Assembly (NCBI GenBank): GCA_965195285.1
Contig: CBDAFS010000021.1
Span: 1-64,000, forward strand
DNA length: 64,000 nt
Reading direction: 5' to 3'
Source: an uncultured Aminicenantes bacterium
GTDB lineage: Bacteria > Acidobacteriota > Aminicenantia > UBA2199
The translations under genes were made by a program, and so were the position numbers. Below, one piece after another: positions 55,253-64,000 of this stretch. Under the pieces are notes generated by a model. That model was not told the DNA's origin, ran no database searches, and was given only the letters and a program-made list of their open reading frames with translations. The first letter of the stretch is position 1. Each line of letters opens with the position of its first letter.

Positions 55253-56050
55253 GTGAGCGAAAACTATTTTACCCATGATCAGTATGACACCCCGGCGGAT
55301 ACTCCCCGGGCATTGGGTGACCGCATGCTACTGGGTTCTCGTTTGTGGTTTCATTTAAATTTCCTGAAAATTATATTCAGGAGCCGGTCTTATGCCATAA
55401 AAGGAATTTACGACGATAATCTATGGACCAGGACTTCTTTCGATGTTTTTAAAATCATTGAGCGGGTCGGAGGCCGTTTTCACCTGAGAGGCATTAACAA
55501 CCTGCGCAACATCCGGAAACCGGTGGTTTTTATCAGCAACCATATGAGCACCCTGGAAACACTTGTATTTCCCTGCATCATTGCTCCCTTCAAACCTCTT
55601 ACCTTTGTGGTCAAGGAAGCACTGGTCAAGGCCAAGATGTTCGGCCCAATCATGAGATCCCGGAACCCGATAGTGGTGGGACGAGCAGATCCTAGGCGTG
55701 ATTTACAAGCGGTTCTAACCAAAGGGCGTAAATTGCTTGAGGCCGGGTATTCTATAATGATTTTTCCCCAGAGCACCCGCCATGTTCATTTTGTTCCTCA
55801 AAAATTCAACAGCCTGGGAGTCAAACTGGCCCTGAAGGCCGGGGTCAGGGCTTTGCCCGTGGCCATCAAGACCGATTTCTGGGGAAACGGCAAACGCATC
55901 AAAGACCTGGGACCCATAGACCGTAAAAAACCCATCCACATGGTTTTTGGCGAACCCATGACCATTACCGGAAATGGCAGTGAACAGCACAACAAAATCA
56001 TCGATTTTATTCAAAATAATCTTAATAAATGGTCAAAAGAAACAATATAA
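55253..56050 (+). CDS. Lysophospholipid acyltransferase family protein
   Basis: SNHMSTLET (HX4E variant), FVVKEAL, IFPQSTR, PVAIKT. Confidence 0.85.
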   Translation: MSENYFTHDQYDTPADTPRALGDRMLLGSRLWFHLNFLKIIFRSRSYAIKGIYDDNLWTRTSFDVFKIIERVGGRFHLRGINNLRNIRKPVVFISNHMSTLETLVFPCIIAPFKPLTFVVKEALVKAKMFGPIMRSRNPIVVGRADPRRDLQAVLTKGRKLLEAGYSIMIFPQSTRHVHFVPQKFNSLGVKLALKAGVRALPVAIKTDFWGNGKRIKDLGPIDRKKPIHMVFGEPMTITGNGSEQHNKIIDFIQNNLNKWSKETI

Positions 56051-56062
56051 ATATTCGTTTTC

Positions 56063-57565
56063 ATGTCAAAGCGTAAACATACCAACGACTATATCTGGAC
56101 CTTCACCACCTATTTTACCGAAGGATTCCCCTTCGTGATCATCCGCACCGTGTCATCGGTTTTTTTCCGGGACATGAAGGTTTCATTAGAGGCTATCGGG
56201 CTGACCCCGCTGTTTGGCCTGCCCTGGATTTTGAAATTCCTGTGGGGGCCCCAGGTTGATGAATATAGCACCAAAAGACGCTGGTTGCTGGCCATGCAAT
56301 CCCTGTTGCTGATCATGATGGTGGTGGCAGCGGTTTTCGCCCCCTTGAAATCAAACGTGCAATTGATTGCCATCCTATTCTTTATCGGCTCCTTCTTTGC
56401 GGCCACCCATGATATCGCTATCGACGGTTATTACATGGAAGCCCTGGATAAGACCGGACAGGCCAAATTTGTAGGTTACCGGGTCATGGCTTACCGGATC
56501 GCCATGATGACCGGAACCGGTATCATCATAAGCATTGGCACCAATTATAACTGGTCCCTGGCATTCCTGATCGCAGCTGTCATATTCGGAAGTTTCTTTT
56601 TTTATCACCTTCTGTTTTTAGCAAAAGTCGAAACCAAAAAGAAGGATTTCAAAAATCTGTTTTTAAAAGGATTGAAACCCAAGACCCTGGCCATTCTTTT
56701 ATCTCTTATTGCCATTATTCTGGGCATTCGCTATTTTTTTCAATCTCCATTATTCGACCGTCTGAAACAGCTATTTCCGGTTTTAAAAAAAATCTATTTT
56801 TCACACTGGATCGCGATTCTTCTGCTCCTTTCCCTGATTTCGGTTGGACTACTGAGAAATAAAATCAAATCGCTGATCCTAAAAGATCCCGATTCCTATT
56901 ACACCAGGGCCTTTGTCTATTTCATGGACCGGGACAGAATTTCAGTTATTCTGGCCTTCATCATCCTGCTCCGGGCCGGTGAATGGGCCCTGACCACCAT
57001 GGTGGCTCCGTTTATGGTTGATGTAGGCATAAAAGTCCATTACGGCTGGATTTCCGGCCTGGTTGGATTGCCAACCACCATTCTGGGGGCTTTGCTGGGT
57101 GGCTGGATGATCTCCCGGTTCGGTCTCAAGAAAATGATATTCCCATTTTTGCTGGCCCAGAATTTAACCAATATTATTTATATGATCCTGGCCCTGCACC
57201 TGTCGGATTTCATTCGCTTGAATACAGGAGTTGACACCCCGGTGGGCATTGGCATGGCCAACCTGATCCTGGTGGGAACCGTACATGGATTTGATCAGTT
57301 TGCCAGCGGGCTGGGCAATGCCGTGTTGATGACTTTTTTAATGCGAATTTGCCATCCACAGTTTAAAGCCGCCCATTATGCCATCGGTTCCGGACTCATG
57401 AATGTCAGTTCCATTTTTGCCGGGGTCATGAGCGGGTTTATTGCCGGCTGGCTGGGTTATGCCTGGTTATTCGGACTCAGTTTTCTTATTTCCATCCCGG
57501 CCATGACCCTCCTTCCCTTTTTGCCTTACCTTGAAAACAATCCGAACCACACGAGTACTGCTTGA
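56063..57565 (+). CDS. ampG: AmpG-family MFS transporter (muropeptide permease-like)
   Basis: YFTEGFP, LPWILKFLWGP, AATHDIAIDGYY, KAAHYAI. Confidence 0.8.
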   Translation: MSKRKHTNDYIWTFTTYFTEGFPFVIIRTVSSVFFRDMKVSLEAIGLTPLFGLPWILKFLWGPQVDEYSTKRRWLLAMQSLLLIMMVVAAVFAPLKSNVQLIAILFFIGSFFAATHDIAIDGYYMEALDKTGQAKFVGYRVMAYRIAMMTGTGIIISIGTNYNWSLAFLIAAVIFGSFFFYHLLFLAKVETKKKDFKNLFLKGLKPKTLAILLSLIAIILGIRYFFQSPLFDRLKQLFPVLKKIYFSHWIAILLLLSLISVGLLRNKIKSLILKDPDSYYTRAFVYFMDRDRISVILAFIILLRAGEWALTTMVAPFMVDVGIKVHYGWISGLVGLPTTILGALLGGWMISRFGLKKMIFPFLLAQNLTNIIYMILALHLSDFIRLNTGVDTPVGIGMANLILVGTVHGFDQFASGLGNAVLMTFLMRICHPQFKAAHYAIGSGLMNVSSIFAGVMSGFIAGWLGYAWLFGLSFLISIPAMTLLPFLPYLENNPNHTSTA

Positions 57566-57587
57566 AGGCTATTTAAACCACGAATAT

Positions 57588-58652
57588 TCAGTATTCAGGC
57601 CTAAAAGAAAATTCCATCAGTATGGGTCGATGGTCCGAACTGTCAAGCTTCAATACCTCGGCCTTGATACAACTGATCTTCCGATGATCGTAAAAAATGT
57701 AATCCAGTTTACGACTGGGTTTATCAGAGGGAAATGTAAAGGTCTTCGATTCGGACAGATGGAATTCGGAATCCAGAAACGCTTCCTTCAAACTTTCCTC
57801 CTCCAAAAAAAGCGAGATAATATTTCGGCCTTCAAAATCCATGTCCGGTTCATCGACAAAACCGGATTTTTTACTGGCCCGGGGCGGAACACAATTAAAA
57901 TCACCGATCAACAATACCGGATAGCGGTCTCTCACCGAACGGTATATTTTCAATACCTCACCGGCCTGCTTCTCCCGTGTTTCCTTTTCATAGGCTTCCA
58001 GATGGATATTCATGATCAACAGCTGGCGTCCGTTTATCTCAATCCGGACCATCTGAACCAGGCGGTCAAGGTAAAATGCCCGGTAGTAAAACGGTTTATG
58101 TTTAATCGGCTGGAGTTCAATTCGTCGGGCCATTCCGATGGGATACCGGCTCAATACGGCCTGCCCGGAAATGACTTTTCTAAAATGAACCGAGGGGGGC
58201 CAGTAGGGAAAGGGAACATATTTTATGTCCCAGTTAATGGCTTTGGCTGCAAACCGGTATCCGCTATGCAGGGCTATCTGGTCCAGTTGATTGAAAAAAT
58301 AAGACCGATAGGATCCATAGTCAATCTCCTGAAAACCGATAAAATCCGGTTGAATTTTTCTGAGCATGTGCTCGAACTTCCGGGCATTGTCCTGAAAAAA
58401 GGCAATATCCGCCTTGGTCAGTTGGTTGTTCAGCATTCCAGAGAGATAACCGATATTATAGGCCATTACTTTGAAATTGCTTTTGGATTTGAGCGGACGG
58501 GGAAAAAGGGAATTTGAATAGACCTTAATCTCAGATAAACGATCGGCTGGAATCGATCCTGAGCTGGCCCAGAAGAAAAAAAATACCGAAAAGATCAGCG
58601 CAATTCCCAGGATGATCAACAGCGAAAGCAATGCGATTTTCATGCCCCTCAC
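57588..58652 (-). CDS. Membrane-anchored endonuclease/exonuclease/phosphatase family protein
   Basis: AYNIGY, GFQEID, NIHLEA, IGDFN, LDYIFY, SDHRP. Confidence 0.92.
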   Translation of the reverse strand: MRGMKIALLSLLIILGIALIFSVFFFFWASSGSIPADRLSEIKVYSNSLFPRPLKSKSNFKVMAYNIGYLSGMLNNQLTKADIAFFQDNARKFEHMLRKIQPDFIGFQEIDYGSYRSYFFNQLDQIALHSGYRFAAKAINWDIKYVPFPYWPPSVHFRKVISGQAVLSRYPIGMARRIELQPIKHKPFYYRAFYLDRLVQMVRIEINGRQLLIMNIHLEAYEKETREKQAGEVLKIYRSVRDRYPVLLIGDFNCVPPRASKKSGFVDEPDMDFEGRNIISLFLEEESLKEAFLDSEFHLSESKTFTFPSDKPSRKLDYIFYDHRKISCIKAEVLKLDSSDHRPILMEFSFRPEY

Positions 58653-58679
58653 TCTACCATTATCATTTTTAGTCCGGCC

Positions 58680-60776
58680 TCAGGAAGTCCTTTTCCTTTC
58701 CCTCTCTTCCTCAATCACCTTTTCTTCAATGGCTTTGGGCAAGGGCTGGTAATTGAAAAATTCCATGGAAAAGTTGGCCCGACCGCTGGACACTGTTCTC
58801 AATACCGAGGCATAACCGAACATCTCTTTCAGGGGAACTCGACCCGACAATTTTTTAGATCCCTTGCGGTAGCGACGCATGTTGCCGATTTTCCCCCTTC
58901 TGCGATTGATATCGGCAATGATTTCACCCATGAATTCATCGGGAGTGTTAATTTCGATCTTCATAATAGGCTCCAGTAACTGGGGATGGGTTTTTTTAAT
59001 GGCCTCCTTGATGCCCAATTTGGTGCAGGCGCGGAAAGCCATTTCACTGGAATCCACCGAATGAAAGCTGCCATCAATCAGCACAAAATGGACATCAATC
59101 ATGGGAAATCCCGCCAATAATCCTCTGGTCATAGTATCTTCAAATCCTTTTTTTACACCCGGTATGAATTCACTGGGTATATTGCCACCTTTAATATGAC
59201 TGGAAAACTCCAGACCTTTATCTGGATTGGGTTCTATCCTGAAATCGATATGAGCGAATTGCCCTTTACCACCTGTTTGTTTTTTATAGCGGTATTCATG
59301 CCTGGTTTCGGCAGTTATGGTTTCCCGAAAGGCAACAGCTGGTTTCCCGACCTGGATTCCCAGATGGTGTTCGGTTTTCAATCTGTCCACCACCACTTCC
59401 AGATGGAGTTCTCCCATACCCGAGATAACGGTTTCACTGGTTTCCGAATCAAACCGCACCTTGAATGAGGGATCTTCCAAAGACATCTTGCTCAGGGCCA
59501 GAGACATCTTATCCCTGTCCTTCAGGCTTTCCGGCTCAACCTTCATGTCCAGAACGGTTTCCGGATATTGAATGTTTTCCAGAAAAATCGGATGTTTCTC
59601 ATCACACAGCGTATCACCGGTTGAGGTCACCTTCATTCCGATCAGAGCCCCGATATCACCGGCAGTCAACGATTTAACTTCCTTGCGTTCATTGGCATGA
59701 ACCCGTAATATCCGGCCTACCCTTTCTTTTTTCCGTCTGGTCGAGTTGAAGATATAACTTCCGGCAGCCAATTCTCCTGAATAAACCCGGATAAAGGTCT
59801 GTTGACCCACATAGCTGTCATTGATGATCTTGAAGGCCAGAGCAGAAAAAGGCTGTTTCACTGACGGTTTTCGGGATATGGTGGTTTCCGGATGCTCGGT
59901 ATCATAGCCGATCACAATCCCCCGGTCCAGCGGCGAGGGCAGATAGTCAACCACAGCACCCATCAGGAGTTGAATCCCCTTATTTTTAAAAGCCGAGCCG
60001 ATAAAAACCGGGGTAATTAACAGTTTAAGAGTGGCATTCCTGGCTGCCCGGATGATATCATTTTCAGATATCTCCTCATCATTCAAATACTTTTCCATCA
60101 TGGTATCATCAAAATCGGCCAGTTTTTCAACCAGTTGCTTCCGGTACTCTTCAGCTTCCGCTCTCAGGTCTTCCGGAATTTCATCGATATTCAAATCCAG
60201 TTTCTGGTAGGTGATGGCTTTCATGGCAACCAGGTCAACAATTCCTTTGAAATTTTCTTCCCTGCCCATAGGAATCTGAAATAGAACCGCATTAGCCCCT
60301 AACATCTCATTCATCAAATCACAGGTTTGAAACACATCTGCACCCTGACGGTCCAGTTTGTTGATGAAGGCTATGCGGGGAACCTTGTAGCGGTCAGCCT
60401 GATGCCATACGGTTTCGCTCTGGGGTTCCACTCCTCCCACCCCGCAAAAAACCATCACAATGCCATCCAGAACCCGCAATGACCTTTCCACTTCCAGAGT
60501 AAAATCAATGTGTCCGGGGGTATCAATAATGTTTATCTGATGATCTTTCCAGTTGGTCGTAATGGCTGCCGAAGAGATGGTAATGCCACGTTCCTGTTCC
60601 TGCTTCATAAAATCCATTACCGCCTGGCCATTATGGACTTCTCCCATTTTTCGGGTCACCCCTGAATAAAACAACATGCGTTCGGTGGTGGTGGTTTTCC
60701 CGGCATCAATATGGGCCACAATGCCCATATTTCTGATTTTTTGAATCGCTATCGTATCCATTTCATGTCTCCACAA
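58680..60776 (-). CDS. fusA: Elongation factor G (copy outside the str operon)
   Basis: [55 protein letters not shown]; start may be 60761. Confidence 0.95.
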   Translation of the reverse strand: MWRHEMDTIAIQKIRNMGIVAHIDAGKTTTTERMLFYSGVTRKMGEVHNGQAVMDFMKQEQERGITISSAAITTNWKDHQINIIDTPGHIDFTLEVERSLRVLDGIVMVFCGVGGVEPQSETVWHQADRYKVPRIAFINKLDRQGADVFQTCDLMNEMLGANAVLFQIPMGREENFKGIVDLVAMKAITYQKLDLNIDEIPEDLRAEAEEYRKQLVEKLADFDDTMMEKYLNDEEISENDIIRAARNATLKLLITPVFIGSAFKNKGIQLLMGAVVDYLPSPLDRGIVIGYDTEHPETTISRKPSVKQPFSALAFKIINDSYVGQQTFIRVYSGELAAGSYIFNSTRRKKERVGRILRVHANERKEVKSLTAGDIGALIGMKVTSTGDTLCDEKHPIFLENIQYPETVLDMKVEPESLKDRDKMSLALSKMSLEDPSFKVRFDSETSETVISGMGELHLEVVVDRLKTEHHLGIQVGKPAVAFRETITAETRHEYRYKKQTGGKGQFAHIDFRIEPNPDKGLEFSSHIKGGNIPSEFIPGVKKGFEDTMTRGLLAGFPMIDVHFVLIDGSFHSVDSSEMAFRACTKLGIKEAIKKTHPQLLEPIMKIEINTPDEFMGEIIADINRRRGKIGNMRRYRKGSKKLSGRVPLKEMFGYASVLRTVSSGRANFSMEFFNYQPLPKAIEEKVIEEERERKRTS

Positions 60777-60855
60777 ATTACAACCGGGAAATTATATCAC
60801 AATCAGGCCGGGTGTAGCAATAGGCGGGGAAAAAGTTTAACCGGAAACCAACTAT

Positions 60856-61923
60856 TCAGGACAACAATCTAACCCTGTTCAAAACATACTCCAGATCTTC
60901 TGTTTTCAGGATTTTTCGAAAGAAATCACTCTTATCCAATCGCTTGGCTGGGTGTTCATTCAATTCCAGATTCTTTTGTTGAACCCGCTGATCAAACCAG
61001 TATACCAGACTGATTTTCCCTTCGGAGATTTCAATGGCAGTCAGCCCCCTTTTGCCGATTACACTGCCGGAATTGAAAACACAGGGAACCAGGGGTTCAG
61101 AATCATAAAGGCTGTAGGTTTCACCCTGCCTGGGTCTTTTTCCCATTCTCAGCAACAAATGAAGGTTCTCTTTTAAGGTCAGGATTTTCTGTTCCAGTTT
61201 CAGTTTATTTTCAGGGGCTGTGGTGGGGTACTGATAGCAAAGACTTTCGATTCTAAATTTCAGACTGTCCACTTTAGATAATGATTCGAATAATGGACGA
61301 TGAGTATGGCCCATGAGAGCAATGATTTTTTTTTGCCTGGCATAGTAATAAACCCGCTTCTCTATCCGGTATTTTTTATGGTTATCATAGGCCACTGTAT
61401 AATTCTTGATTCTCAATGGATTGGCTAATAAACGCAGGACAATTGTACTGATCATATGAAATATATCCGGATAGAGATGGGCCTGATGGCCGTGAAACAA
61501 AAGCATTTTGTACCGGTTATAACCGATCACCAACCCTTCATGGACCGGGATATTGCCGGGTAAACGATGACGAAAGCGAAGTTGATAGTCATGATTTCCA
61601 TATATTTTGATCAGGCGGTTATCCCTTAAAAAATCGGCAAAAATTTTATAAATATTTCCCCATCTGTTTGTAATTTTCTTCAAGGGATATCGCTGAATCT
61701 CTTCAATATCTCCGTTTAAAATCAGGGTATATTTGTATTTCCGGTAATACTGGTCAAGGATTTGGATCATTAATTGACTGTTTTTTTCAAAATCATCAAG
61801 TTTTCCACCGTCCCCCATATGAAAATCACTCAATATGACCAGTTTATCACGGTCTGAAATTTCAATCTTCCTGGCATTTCCTACCAGATCATCCAGCCGA
61901 TTGAAAATCCGTTTGGTATTCAT
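60856..61923 (-). CDS. Calcineurin-like metallophosphoesterase
   Basis: SDFHMG, NGDIEE, GNHD, FHGH, GHTH, FNSG. Confidence 0.9.
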   Translation of the reverse strand: MNTKRIFNRLDDLVGNARKIEISDRDKLVILSDFHMGDGGKLDDFEKNSQLMIQILDQYYRKYKYTLILNGDIEEIQRYPLKKITNRWGNIYKIFADFLRDNRLIKIYGNHDYQLRFRHRLPGNIPVHEGLVIGYNRYKMLLFHGHQAHLYPDIFHMISTIVLRLLANPLRIKNYTVAYDNHKKYRIEKRVYYYARQKKIIALMGHTHRPLFESLSKVDSLKFRIESLCYQYPTTAPENKLKLEQKILTLKENLHLLLRMGKRPRQGETYSLYDSEPLVPCVFNSGSVIGKRGLTAIEISEGKISLVYWFDQRVQQKNLELNEHPAKRLDKSDFFRKILKTEDLEYVLNRVRLLS

Positions 61924-61952
61924 TTGACCTGTATGGTTATATAGAAATCTGC

Positions 61953-63770
61953 TTATTTACGATTCTTTTTCGGAATCACCCAGAGCTGCTGGCCCGGGTA
62001 AATCTTGGAACGTGAACGAAGCCCGTTAATACGCAGCAATGTCCTAAGATCCATTCCGTATTTAACCGCAATCGAATACGGCGTGTCTCCGGATTGTACC
62101 GTATAGGATATCGCCCCTTCCATTTTTAGGGGCTGTATCACTAATTTTTGGCCCACTTTGATGATGTTGTTCTGGAGATTGTTGAGTTCTTTTATCCGCT
62201 TTATGGTCGTATTGAAGGCCCTTGCAATCACCTGTATGGAATCGCCACGTTTTACTACATAAACCAGTTTCTCCCCTTCTTTGATCAATCTTAATTCCCG
62301 GGGAGGGGTATATCCTCTGGATTTTCTATAAGTGGGAATCTTCAGCCTTTGCCCTGCCCGGATAAGATAATTTCTTCTTAAACGATTCAGCCGTGAAATG
62401 GCGGATACCGATGTCCTGTACCGTCTGGCAATACCAGAGACTGTCTCTCCGCGGCGAACATGATGAACCACATAGGTCGCTTCAGGTGGAATCCATTTTG
62501 ATAGAGAATTGAATGCTGTCAGGGCCTGGTCCCGGTATCCGGCCGGAACCTTGAGATTGTATTCAGCACCCGGAGTGGCCTGATGACGCAGCTCAGGATT
62601 CAGAAAAGAAAGGGTGTTGGTCTGCAATTTCAATAATGTGGACAGGGAAGACAGCTTGACCGGGCGGTTGACCTGAATTGTTTCAAATTCAACCGGTGGA
62701 TCAGGCTGAGGTAATGTAAAACCATATTTATCCGGATTTTTAATAATTAAAAGGGTAGCAATGAAGCGGGGAACAAAACGAGCGGTTTCCCGGGGAAGCA
62801 TGACAAAAAGATCCCAGAAATTATCCAGATAATTAATCCGCTGGGCCCGTATGAGTCTCTGAACCCTGAATTCCCCGCAATTATAAGAAGCCAGAACCGT
62901 GGTCCAATCTCCAAATATGGAATGAAGTTCTTTTAGATACTTGGTGGCGGCATCTGTGGCTTTTTCCGGATCCATTCTTTCATCGATCCAGCGGTTTCTT
63001 TTCAAACCGAAACGGTAGCCCGTGGATGAAATGAATTGCCAGAGTCCCAGAGCGCGGGCACGGGAATAGGCTTTGACCTTGAATCCGCTTTCGATTACAG
63101 GAATCCAGGAAAGCTCATCGGGCATACCGGCCTGCCTCATTTTCTTCCGGATCATTTCCATATACATACCGGAACGCCGGTAAGCATCCATGAAATACTG
63201 TCTTTCCTTGGTCTGGAAGCGGGTGATTTCAGCCAGAACATACTTGTTTTCCGTAAGCGGTATTTCCCGGTGATTGGTACCCACGGCAATCAGATGAGAG
63301 GCATAGATTTCCTGTATCCTCTGGGCAATTAACAGCCTGAGATCATTCTTTTCCTGAAGTTGGGGAGAATCAGCATCCAGATCCAGTTTTAATAAAAGGC
63401 TATAGGCTTCATCCAATGCAGCCAGAGCCGTATCAATATCGGCTTTTTCCCAGGCTGTCTGGGCATCCTGATAGGCATCCAGTGCCTCTTCAAGGGTTTC
63501 AGAGGGAGAGTTCTTGTCTGCTGGCTTATTAATATCAGAAGTGGATTCTTTTAACTGATCCGGATTCTGTTCCTGATTTTCATCCATCACTTCTCTGCTT
63601 TTCAGAGTATCCTGAACAGTGCTGGTATCTTCTACTTTAGGAGATTCAGGATTAGCAGGCTCAACGGAAACCTTTTTGTCTGCACTGCAAGCTGAGAGCA
63701 GAATCAGGAATACCGCAATAACGAGTGAAATTAATACCGGTTTTTTTTGTTTCATATCATTAAATATCAT
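61953..63770 (-). CDS. mltD: Lipoprotein lytic murein transglycosylase with three LysM domains
   Basis: Lipobox LSAC; IESG, GLWQF, ASYNCG, LPRET; LysM repeats VRRGET, VKRGDS, VQSGDT. Confidence 0.9.
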   Translation of the reverse strand: MIFNDMKQKKPVLISLVIAVFLILLSACSADKKVSVEPANPESPKVEDTSTVQDTLKSREVMDENQEQNPDQLKESTSDINKPADKNSPSETLEEALDAYQDAQTAWEKADIDTALAALDEAYSLLLKLDLDADSPQLQEKNDLRLLIAQRIQEIYASHLIAVGTNHREIPLTENKYVLAEITRFQTKERQYFMDAYRRSGMYMEMIRKKMRQAGMPDELSWIPVIESGFKVKAYSRARALGLWQFISSTGYRFGLKRNRWIDERMDPEKATDAATKYLKELHSIFGDWTTVLASYNCGEFRVQRLIRAQRINYLDNFWDLFVMLPRETARFVPRFIATLLIIKNPDKYGFTLPQPDPPVEFETIQVNRPVKLSSLSTLLKLQTNTLSFLNPELRHQATPGAEYNLKVPAGYRDQALTAFNSLSKWIPPEATYVVHHVRRGETVSGIARRYRTSVSAISRLNRLRRNYLIRAGQRLKIPTYRKSRGYTPPRELRLIKEGEKLVYVVKRGDSIQVIARAFNTTIKRIKELNNLQNNIIKVGQKLVIQPLKMEGAISYTVQSGDTPYSIAVKYGMDLRTLLRINGLRSRSKIYPGQQLWVIPKKNRK

Positions 63771-63854
63771 GTCATCGGTTCGGAGTCAAATACATTGGTC
63801 ATTATACCAGGCCCTGGCATTCTGCGGAGAGCCTCAATCGGTAGCAATAACATA

Positions 63855-64000
63855 TTACAGGAGGGGCAGCAGAATTGAGTTGAACACCAGTTTAAAGGTA
63901 CCTTGGGTGGAGGCCCTGAACTGGGGATTAAATCCGAATAACACCAGCTGTCCCTTATTCTTTTTCAGCCAAAGCAACAGGGTTTTGTTGGCCACGCCAG
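63855..64000 (-). CDS. C-terminal end of a probable M14 zinc carboxypeptidase-family protein (partial)
   Basis: Manual translation: ...KNKGQLVLFGFNPQFRASTQGTFKLVFNSILLPLL*, a tail typical of large secreted M14-type peptidases. Confidence 0.6.
   Translation of the reverse strand, partial: GVANKTLLLWLKKNKGQLVLFGFNPQFRASTQGTFKLVFNSILLPLL

Noticed and set aside
57531-58517. 328-aa plus-strand ORF
   Set aside because: Antisense shadow of the motif-complete EEP gene; no recognisable motifs.
1-64000. CRISPR array, rRNA or prophage
   Set aside because: No regularly spaced repeats, rRNA-like segments or phage structural genes were seen.

Overview
Bacterial chromosomal window, mostly coded on the minus strand. 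Gene content (heptose/LPS genes, short PheT, recR-mglB-mglA, TPR-polyLys-TM proteins) suggests a diderm lineage near Acidobacteriota/Aminicenantia; this is inference, not a database result. Layout: (1) 1-5973, an AT-rich accessory block with a DesK-like kinase (partial), GNAT remnant, ABC-2 exporter, a double transglutaminase-FGE protein under a DesR-type palindrome, and a RAYT transposase with 32-bp inverted repeats and one nonsense codon. (2) 6-18 kb, mixed metabolic and envelope genes, including a heptose operon. (3) 18-33 kb, core genes: ymdB-rny-zapA-pheTS-rplT-rpmI-infC-thrS-tRNA-Val-HU, leuCD-like, mglAB, recR-ybaB-dnaX-ffs-tRNA-Ser. (4) 33.3-55.1 kb, a ~22-kb co-oriented block and the best candidate for an undescribed system. 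A phospho-signalling operon (two soluble Hanks kinases, three FHA proteins, a PP2C-TM-SPOR phosphatase, a dead trypsin-like domain, TPR and outer-membrane proteins) lies upstream of a glycan operon whose processive GT2 synthase is fused to a STAS domain behind a C9 tract. Each operon carries one of two paralogous membrane proteins with a TonB-C-like end. (5) 55-64 kb, acyltransferase, ampG, EEP, orphan fusA, metallophosphoesterase, mltD and an M14 peptidase tail. No CRISPR array, rRNA or prophage was seen. All calls come from reading motifs by eye; no searches were run.
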